From positions 1-50,635 of IMG/VR virus record IMGVR_UViG_3300013137_002980: a stretch of DNA of 50,635 nt; one strand, written 5' to 3'. The position numbers and the translations under genes were made by a program. The notes below the pieces were generated by a model. It did no database searches and had not been told where the DNA came from. It was given only the letters and a program-made list of their open reading frames with translations. This DNA is from a virus (Duplodnaviria > Caudoviricetes). Below are positions 44,340 to 50,635 of the stretch, piece by piece; within the stretch, counting starts at the first letter, position 1, and every line of letters begins with the position of its first letter.

Positions 44340-44682
44340 ATGAAAAAACAGCCATAACCACCCTACTCCTTGTTTTGATCATCACTGGCTGCCAAAAGCG
44401 GCCAGCTGCTCTACCTGAAGAAGAACGTGCAAAGATAACAGAGCAGTTTGAAGACTCGGATGAAAAAATTAACGGCTATTTTGATTTATTGGAAAATCCA
44501 GATACTTCACAAAAAGTACGCAAACAGATCCTTTGCAAAGACTGGCCTGATATCTATTACAAGCAGTACGTCCCTGCTTTAAAGCAACTTTCACCAGAAT
44601 ATACCGATGAAGAATTAAGTCAGGCTCTCGACAGAGCTGTGGACTACTACAAGAAAAATATGTAATCAGCTGCAATCAGTAA
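44340..44682 (+). pseudogene. Lipoprotein gene apparently frameshifted in A-runs at both ends
   Basis: ATG-A6-CAGCC is out of frame with the lipobox LIITGC; one extra A gives MKKTAITTLLLVLIITGC; a second +1 near 44651-44658 gives ...YVISCNQ stop. Confidence 0.55.
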
Positions 44683-44769
44683 AGTAAAGCTCGTGTCATA
44701 TCTAGTGACTACTATCTAATCAAGGTCAATCGCAATCCTCACCTGTTATAACGAAGTAGCGCAAAACAG

Positions 44770-44800
44770 ACCCACCAATGCCTATCGGTGGGTTCTTTTT
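44770..44800 (+). terminator. Terminator
   Basis: ACCCACC...GGTGGGT plus T-run. Confidence 0.7.
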
Positions 44801-44892
44801 GTGTAATAACTCTGTAACAGTGGATTTAAACGAAGTCTTTTACCATTTATTATATTTACTCTAATGATTTAGAATACAAAAAGGAAAACAAA

Positions 44893-45246
44893 ATGAAATA
44901 CGTGTTAGGTGCAACTCTTGTAGCTCTAGCAATCACTGGCTGTAATTCGACTCCAAATAAAGAAGTAACGCGCGAAAACGTGATACGCAATGCTCCTAAA
45001 AACACACAAATTATCAGTTTTGTAGGCCCTAATGATTTAAAACTTTTCCTAAAATCATCTGACTTATTTGAAACTGCACAAATGATTGATGGATCGGGTA
45101 AGGTTTATCATCTTAAACGCGCTGTTTCTGGCAGTGGAGTTCGCTTAGCAAATGTTGATGGTGTTTCTATCCACTTCAAAGGCGGTGAAGGTATTGTCGA
45201 GTTTGAGAAAGACAAGCCGATCAGTATTACTGAAGTAAAAAAATAA
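44893..45246 (+). CDS. Lipoprotein, MliC/PliC-like lysozyme inhibitor candidate
   Basis: Lipobox AITGC; AVSGSGVR and IHFKGGEG resemble the MliC SxSGxRY and WxKG motifs. Confidence 0.6.
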   Translation: MKYVLGATLVALAITGCNSTPNKEVTRENVIRNAPKNTQIISFVGPNDLKLFLKSSDLFETAQMIDGSGKVYHLKRAVSGSGVRLANVDGVSIHFKGGEGIVEFEKDKPISITEVKK

Positions 45247-45262
45247 AGTATCAACTTAAGAT

Positions 45263-45291
45263 CAACCCACCCTAGCGGTGGGTTTTCTTTT
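45263..45291 (+). terminator. Terminator, copy 1 of 29-bp repeat
   Basis: CAACCCACCCTAGCGGTGGGTTTTCTTTT. Confidence 0.85.
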
Positions 45292-45378
45292 TTAAAAATC
45301 CATATTTTCCCTGATAGTATGGACTTAAGACCTTGTGCCAACATTATTCTTAAATAACCATAAATACTGGAGAAAAGA

Positions 45379-45885
45379 ATGGCTTTAGATAGAGATTTGC
45401 AATTAACACTACTAACTAAATTAAGTGATGTCTACCCTTATAATTATGATTTTAATCAAGACTTTGAATACAACTCGGAAGAACGAGAAAAAGCACTGAA
45501 AAATCTGTATTACTTACAATCACATGGACTAGTTAGTGAAAAAAGTGTCCATAAATCAAATTCACTTGGAAGTCAGGCTCCAATTATATTTGGTTCATCA
45601 GCGATTACTCACAAAGGTATGGATTTTTTAGCTAATGATGGTGGACTCTCGGCTATTTTGGGTGTTGTTACTGTCAAATTTGAGGCAGATACTTTAAAAG
45701 CAATTTTAGAGAATCGTATTAATCAGTCGGACTTATCGCCTGAGAATAAGCAATCAATGATTGATTCGCTTCGAGAGCTGCCTGCCGAGTCCATAAAACA
45801 CCTGACCATGAAATTACTGGATGAGGGCTTGGAGAATCTGCCAAATGCGATCGTATTAATTGGAACGTATCTTGGTTTATCCTAG
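45379..45885 (+). CDS. Hypothetical prophage protein with winged-helix-like N-terminus
   Basis: NLYYLQSHGLV...ITHKGMDFL pattern; GGAG RBS. Confidence 0.75.
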   Translation: MALDRDLQLTLLTKLSDVYPYNYDFNQDFEYNSEEREKALKNLYYLQSHGLVSEKSVHKSNSLGSQAPIIFGSSAITHKGMDFLANDGGLSAILGVVTVKFEADTLKAILENRINQSDLSPENKQSMIDSLRELPAESIKHLTMKLLDEGLENLPNAIVLIGTYLGLS

Positions 45886-46010
45886 AGAATTCTAAAAAAA
45901 TATTACCAGCATCAATGCATACACAATTATGCTTTGTTTTTAAATCAATATATATTCCCTTTCTTTTAGGGTTCACTACTACAGAGTTAAACATTTTTAA
46001 TTAATCCATC

Positions 46011-46039
46011 CAACCCACCCCAGCGGTGGGTTTTCTTTT
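46011..46039 (+). terminator. Terminator, copy 2 of 29-bp repeat
   Basis: CAACCCACCCCAGCGGTGGGTTTTCTTTT. Confidence 0.85.
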
Positions 46040-46057
46040 GCCTACTATAAATCAAAA

Positions 46058-46117
46058 CAACTAAAAGTAGAATTATTTTCTACTAAGTATTGACATTATT
46101 TCTACTTAAAGTAGTAT
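46058..46117 (+). promoter_or_regulatory. Left operator and pL-like promoter
   Basis: Three sites 22 bp apart (46058, 46080, 46102), the last identical to 40535-40547; TTGACA 46090-46095, TAGTAT 46112-46117. Confidence 0.8.
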
Positions 46118-46135
46118 TTATTTCACCAGACAACA

Positions 46136-46173
46136 AAAAAGCCCAGCTACTTTGGAAGGGAACTGGGCTTTTG
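46136..46173 (+). promoter_or_regulatory. Leader hairpin of early-left transcript (terminator/antitermination element)
   Basis: AAAAGCCCAG...CTGGGCTTTT inverted repeat between promoter and first gene. Confidence 0.55.
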
Positions 46174-46190
46174 CTAAACGCGAGATAAGT

Positions 46191-46622
46191 ATGAACAGAA
46201 AATTCACTCCTTTCAATACCCTGGCCATCACAATCGTTACAGCTTCTGTAACTGTTGGCGGTTTGGCCCTGGCATACAAGCCACAACAGGCGGCCCACGC
46301 ACCTGTTTATCAGCCTAAGGTTGCGCCTTCTGAGTACGGCATCAGCACCTTGGTCATGACTTCTGAAACCGAAGGTCGTGCAGTCATCAATCTGGATGGC
46401 TTTAGCGTTCACGTTCCTTTCACTGTTGACGCCTTCCAGGACAGCTACGGCGTTCCAGGCTCGGAATTTACTGCGGTTGAAGTTCAGCAGCTGGGTGAAA
46501 TCAAAGTTTTTGATGCCAATGGCAATCCTTACAACGATTTCACCGATCACGTGGACCACTACAACATCAACCTGCTGATCAAAGGCTATATCGAAAAACA
46601 CCGTTTAGTGGAGGCTGCGTGA
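46191..46622 (+). CDS. Hypothetical early protein with N-terminal membrane anchor
   Basis: Hydrophobic segment LAITIVTASVTVGGLALAY; first gene after pL. Confidence 0.7.
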   Translation: MNRKFTPFNTLAITIVTASVTVGGLALAYKPQQAAHAPVYQPKVAPSEYGISTLVMTSETEGRAVINLDGFSVHVPFTVDAFQDSYGVPGSEFTAVEVQQLGEIKVFDANGNPYNDFTDHVDHYNINLLIKGYIEKHRLVEAA

Positions 46623-46921
46623 TGACGACTGACACCAAACAATTTTCTAAGTACTTGGGCACTGATGCCAACGGCAATATGCGTATGCGCCTTGGCCCTC
46701 ATGTCTATGTACGCATCGGCCACCGCTTCTACATCGAACGCGATGATGGCCTTGAGCTGGTCACGCTTGAAACACACGTTGCCCGCCCGTGGATCATGAG
46801 CAATTTTGAACGTGAAGCTGCTTATCAGCGTCGTAAGACTTTGGCTCAGGCATTACAGGCATCACACATCCCATCCTACGAGCGCAAGGCATATAAGCGT
46901 CGTATGGGTTGGGCCAGATAA
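46619..46921 (+). CDS. Hypothetical early protein
   Basis: Coupled ORF with GGAGG RBS. Confidence 0.7.
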   Translation: MMTTDTKQFSKYLGTDANGNMRMRLGPHVYVRIGHRFYIERDDGLELVTLETHVARPWIMSNFEREAAYQRRKTLAQALQASHIPSYERKAYKRRMGWAR

Positions 46922-46933
46922 GGAGCATCTGTC

Positions 46934-48055
46934 ATGGCTTTACCAATTATTACTGCAGATCAGGTTTTAAATGTGAGCGCCATCATCACTTACATCTACG
47001 CCGACCCTGGTCTGGGCAAAACCTCACTTGGCTTTACTGCAGACAAAGCAATCTCGTTTGACTTCGACCGTGGTGCTCATCGTACTGGTGAGCTGCGTCG
47101 CGGTGCTGTGGTACAGGTCCAGCAATGGGCAGATGTGACTAACCTCACCCCGCAGGACCTGGCACCTTACAACACCGTGGTGATTGATACCGTGGGCGCG
47201 ATGCTGGAAAGCATCAAAACCCACCTGCTGTTGACGGCCAACAACCGCCAGAAAGATGGTGCTTTAAAACTGAAAGCCCAGGGCTTGGCTAACCAGACCT
47301 TTAAGAACTACATCAACATGCTGATCAGCTTGGGTAAAGATGTCGTGTTCATTGCCCATGCTTCGGAAGATCAAAACGGCGACCAGATTATCTATCGTCC
47401 AGATCTGGGCGGTAAAAACCGAAATGAGCTGTACCGCATTGCAGACATCATGGGCTATTTGACCACTGTCACTACCGGTGAAGGCAAGAATGCCCGGGTA
47501 ATTAGCTTTCGACCGTCGCCAACTCACCATGCCAAAAATTCAGGCGCCTTAGGTGGTGATACTGGAGAAGTGTGGGTGCCAGACCTGAAAGATCATCCGC
47601 AGTTTTTAGCGGATCTGATTCAACAGGCCAAAGACCATATCAACACGCTTACCCCTGCCCAGCTGGCCGCGGCAAAAGCCAATGAAGAACTTGAAAACTG
47701 GAAGCAAAGCTGTGCTGAAGCTCAGTATGCAAGTGACTTAAACCAGCTGACTGAAGCGCTTGATGACACGCATCTGAATTACAAGGCTATGCGCGCCGAA
47801 ATGGTCCAGCGCGCAAAAGAAATGGGATGCACGTTTGATAAGCAGCGCAACGCCTGGATTGATCCACCGGAATTTAACGGACTGAATGATCAGCAGCTGG
47901 CAGATCTGCAGGGCTTTATTGATGAACGCGGTCTGGACACTAAAACCGTTTGTGAATACCTGGGCTTGGATGCTTTAGCTGAAATCGAAGCTCAGAAACT
48001 ACCAGCAGTAAAAAAAGACATTGAAAAATTAGCGAAAGAAATGGTGAACGCATGA
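46934..48055 (+). CDS. Sak4-like (AAA_24) recombination ATPase
   Basis: YADPGLGKTS Walker A, FDFDRG, VVIDT, FIAH, HHAKN. Confidence 0.8.
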   Translation: MALPIITADQVLNVSAIITYIYADPGLGKTSLGFTADKAISFDFDRGAHRTGELRRGAVVQVQQWADVTNLTPQDLAPYNTVVIDTVGAMLESIKTHLLLTANNRQKDGALKLKAQGLANQTFKNYINMLISLGKDVVFIAHASEDQNGDQIIYRPDLGGKNRNELYRIADIMGYLTTVTTGEGKNARVISFRPSPTHHAKNSGALGGDTGEVWVPDLKDHPQFLADLIQQAKDHINTLTPAQLAAAKANEELENWKQSCAEAQYASDLNQLTEALDDTHLNYKAMRAEMVQRAKEMGCTFDKQRNAWIDPPEFNGLNDQQLADLQGFIDERGLDTKTVCEYLGLDALAEIEAQKLPAVKKDIEKLAKEMVNA

Positions 48056-48214
48056 ATATTTTAAATAGCAAAGAAGCTTTTGACGCAATGATGGCTGCAT
48101 ATATCAAGTGCGCAGAATCAAATTCCAGAATGGTGAACAGCTACTTGGTATTGGCAGAAAAGAAATGTGCTGGGTTTTCGCAAAAAATTTTGAAAAATTA
48201 GGGAAGGTGAAGTG
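48052..48214 (+). pseudogene. Probable deletion remnant joining a gene start to an out-of-frame gene end
   Basis: MNILNSKEAFDAMMA... stops after 49 aa, while another frame reads ...RIKFQNGEQLLGIGRKEMCWVFAKNFEKLGKVK stop coupled to the next gene. Confidence 0.4.
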
Positions 48215-48499
48215 ATGGATATTCATATCAACAGACCTCGATTTAACGCCAAAAGAATAGTTCGATTTAAATGCCCTGACTGCAAGAAAAATAGTCGAGC
48301 TATTGAGTTTTTTCAACACTATCGTGGATGGGATTCAACTTGCATAAATTGCGGCAGACAGTGGTGTGATGGCGAATGGGTGTATTTGGATTTTTATCGT
48401 GGCGTGCGGAAAAAGAATATCAATGCAGCTAAGCAGCTATGGCGAAAACTAAAAGATATTGGCAACGAAATAACATTTGAAGAATTTGAGGTGGCGTGA
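48212..48499 (+). CDS. Small zinc-ribbon-like protein
   Basis: CPDC...CINC. Confidence 0.7.
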   Translation: MMDIHINRPRFNAKRIVRFKCPDCKKNSRAIEFFQHYRGWDSTCINCGRQWCDGEWVYLDFYRGVRKKNINAAKQLWRKLKDIGNEITFEEFEVA

Positions 48500-48735
48500 T
48501 GGTATTAGCAAAATTCACAGCAAGCACACAAAAGCTTAAAAAGGCTGGCTTATATCAAATCGGAGCAAGAAAGAACCTAGTAATTAAGGTTAATAGATAT
48601 GCAAATTGCACAGTGAAGCTTACAGAAAACGGCCCTGTAATCATCCCTGAAAATCTTATCTACTTTTTCAACGAAAAAGAAATTCAAGCATTAAAGGATG
48701 GGAAGACACTAATTAAAAATGGGAAGGTGACGTGA
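48496..48735 (+). CDS. Hypothetical protein
   Basis: Coupled ORF, GAGGT RBS. Confidence 0.6.
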   Translation: MMVLAKFTASTQKLKKAGLYQIGARKNLVIKVNRYANCTVKLTENGPVIIPENLIYFFNEKEIQALKDGKTLIKNGKVT

Positions 48736-49034
48736 TGGATTTACAGAAAGAAATGCAAATTTGCAGCAAAGAGTTTGAAGAAAGATGGGGTGTTTTCTGT
48801 GAGGCACATGGTAGCAGGCATAACAAAAGCGTCGCTAAGTATTTTTTCTTTTCTTCATGGCAGCAAGCGAAAGCCTGGGTGGTTCCGGAAGGATTTGTTC
48901 TTGTTTGGAGAACAGATCTTGAATGTGCAATTGACGCTGTGAACTGGCCATCTATTGACGATTGTGATCACTACACTAAACAACCAGGCGGCTTGGAGGA
49001 TGTGCTTAAAGCACAGGAGCCAACCAATGACTGA
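48732..49034 (+). CDS. Hypothetical protein
   Basis: WQQAKA..VPEGFVLV motif common in phage early genes. Confidence 0.65.
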   Translation: MMDLQKEMQICSKEFEERWGVFCEAHGSRHNKSVAKYFFFSSWQQAKAWVVPEGFVLVWRTDLECAIDAVNWPSIDDCDHYTKQPGGLEDVLKAQEPTND

Positions 49035-49341
49035 AATTCAACTAACAAACATCCAGTTTGCAGAGCTTCAGCTCGATAACCTTGTCGCAAAAGACAAGCC
49101 TTACATCGAATCGTGGTCCGCCGGTGATGTTGGCTCATTCAATGCGATTTTAAATGCGGTGGATTACGACAATGAGTTCACGTATCACATGCGCGGCTGG
49201 TCAAGACAGCGAGTTAAAAGCGGCACCGGTGCAATGATTGAAGTGAATGAAATGAATGCGGACCAGTTGTATCACTTGTTCACCTGCTTTTTGAGCAAGT
49301 TGCCAAGTGGGGTTGTAGAGAGCTTAAAGGAGGTTTCTTGA
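49027..49341 (+). CDS. Hypothetical protein (MTEIQLTN...)
   Basis: AGGAG RBS before ATG 49027. Confidence 0.7.
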   Translation: MTEIQLTNIQFAELQLDNLVAKDKPYIESWSAGDVGSFNAILNAVDYDNEFTYHMRGWSRQRVKSGTGAMIEVNEMNADQLYHLFTCFLSKLPSGVVESLKEVS

Positions 49342-49619
49342 TGGCGCGTTACACCATCACTGTTGAAGCTGAAAGACCGCCGCAAATCATGCTTGGCCAA
49401 GAGATCGGCGGCGCAACAGTGAAAGAGTTAAAAGAGGTTGATATTGAGCTGGTTTCAGCAGCCCACCTGGCCCGGAAGTACAATCTGTCTGTGACCACGA
49501 TTCGAGAAAAGTTAGCCCCGATCAATCAAGGTACACAAGGCAAGGCGCTATACAATCCACGTTTAGCGCATGACCTGCTCACAACAAAAGTGAAAAAAGG
49601 CAGACCGAGAGCTAATTAG
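49338..49619 (+). CDS. Putative excisionase/HTH DNA-binding protein
   Basis: LVSAAHLARKYNLSVTTIREKL HTH, basic KKGRPR tail; adjacent to integrase. Confidence 0.6.
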   Translation: MMARYTITVEAERPPQIMLGQEIGGATVKELKEVDIELVSAAHLARKYNLSVTTIREKLAPINQGTQGKALYNPRLAHDLLTTKVKKGRPRAN

Positions 49620-50635
49620 CTCTCACTGTCGTTAAACATCTCTACTAAATCCTGGGCATCTGGATTGTAATAGGTATTAATTAAAATCCCGATTGTCTTA
49701 TGCCCTGTGATTTTCGCCAAAACTTCAACCGGCAACTTACGAACCTTCACCATTCTTGTAATTGCCTCATGTCGGGAATCATGGAAGTTAATATGCGGCA
49801 GACCTGCTCTTTTCTTAGCTCTTACCCATGTTGCGCAGCATATATCTTTATCAATCGGTAGCAGCTCATCATTATCCGGTGGCAATAAGGACAGCAGGCG
49901 CTTGGCTTCTTTTGATAGCGGAACGTTCCTGGATTCACCATTTTTTGTCATCGGCAGATGAACAAACCCATCCTTTAAGTCAGCCCTGCGCATCGCCAAA
50001 ATTTCGCCCTGGCGCATGGCGGTTTCAAGTGCAAACAGAAATGCCCATGCTACATAGTGTTTAGACTTTTCCGGTGTGGTCATACCGTCCCAGTCCAGTG
50101 CTTTGAGTAGCTCAGCTTGCTGCTCAGGTGTGATGCGCTGGTTTCGTGATTTTTCTTTACTCGGCATTGGTACTGCATGCCAGACATTCGACTCTAGCAA
50201 AAACAGTTCTTTCATTGCATACGTAAAGATGGCCGAGTAAATAGCATGCTCATTTCTCAGTGTTGCCACTTTCACTTCCTTTTTCCGTTTATTGCGCCAC
50301 TCCACAATGTCGCTGGGCTTAAAGTCGTAAATGGATTTATCGGCAATGTTTGGCGCAATTCTCTCAAGGTTTTTTATCTTGAGCATGATTGTCCGGGCAG
50401 ATCGCATGTGTCGGCCATGTTCGTGGTAATACTTATCGCAGAGCTGGCGAAAAGGATACGCTGGTTTTATCCCATGTTCGATATTCGCTTTCCCTGTTTT
50501 TAATTCTAGTAATTTGAGCGAAGCCCACTGCTCACATTCTTTTGCTGTATCCCTGGTTGCTGTGTATCTTTTATTTTCAAAAGTGACAGTGATGCGCCAG
50601 CTTGAGCCGCGCTGAATCGGTTTTGGAAGTTTCAT
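49616..50635 (-). CDS. int: Tyrosine recombinase (phage integrase)
   Basis: TAMRQGEI (R), TKNG (K), FHDSRH (HxxR), ITGH, NTYY (Y). Confidence 0.95.
   Translation of the reverse strand: MKLPKPIQRGSSWRITVTFENKRYTATRDTAKECEQWASLKLLELKTGKANIEHGIKPAYPFRQLCDKYYHEHGRHMRSARTIMLKIKNLERIAPNIADKSIYDFKPSDIVEWRNKRKKEVKVATLRNEHAIYSAIFTYAMKELFLLESNVWHAVPMPSKEKSRNQRITPEQQAELLKALDWDGMTTPEKSKHYVAWAFLFALETAMRQGEILAMRRADLKDGFVHLPMTKNGESRNVPLSKEAKRLLSLLPPDNDELLPIDKDICCATWVRAKKRAGLPHINFHDSRHEAITRMVKVRKLPVEVLAKITGHKTIGILINTYYNPDAQDLVEMFNDSES

Larger units (their letters stand above)
1..50635. mobile_element. Temperate lambdoid-type prophage (siphovirus-like tail, Mu-like head/neck genes); att cores not identifiable within the window
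   Basis: Complete ordered set of integrase, immunity, replication, late control, packaging, head, tail and lysis modules. Confidence 0.95.

Noticed and set aside
44730-44760. pdif/XerCD site (TTATAACGAAGT resembles a XerC arm)
   Set aside because: No XerD arm at the 6-bp spacing
46083-46601. 172-aa minus-strand ORF, and similar antisense ORFs across structural genes
   Set aside because: Shadow frames of well-supported genes, without RBS or recognisable motifs

Overview
The whole window is an apparently near-complete temperate phage genome (prophage), most likely of an Acinetobacter host; the host is inferred from gene families and composition, not shown directly. Order from left: arm-type-like repeats, a Bro-N antirepressor with a divergent Arc/Mnt-like repressor, and an AT-rich accessory block (membrane protein, PARIS-like ATPase/TOPRIM pair, three secreted proteins). 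Then, on the minus strand: lysis genes, a non-contractile tail module, Mu-like neck/portal/gpF genes with a lambda-like capsid, terminase, nin-like region, Q-like regulator with late promoter, RusA, DnaC-like and O-like replication genes with iterons, CII and Cro. On the plus strand: CI, a Cap4-nuclease/SMC Lamassu-like system, lipoprotein morons, the early-left operon with a Sak4-like recombinase, a putative excisionase, and a convergent tyrosine integrase at the right edge. The main signals beyond routine annotation are a cryptic 55-aa ORF overlapping both Lamassu genes, a P22 immI-like switch with twin operators and a candidate sar-like antisense RNA, an alternative-pairing leader upstream of rha, a MuF protein with an apparently inactivated ADP-ribosyltransferase-like tip, and a SutA-like/HTH fusion. 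All family calls come from motif recognition by eye; no searches were run.
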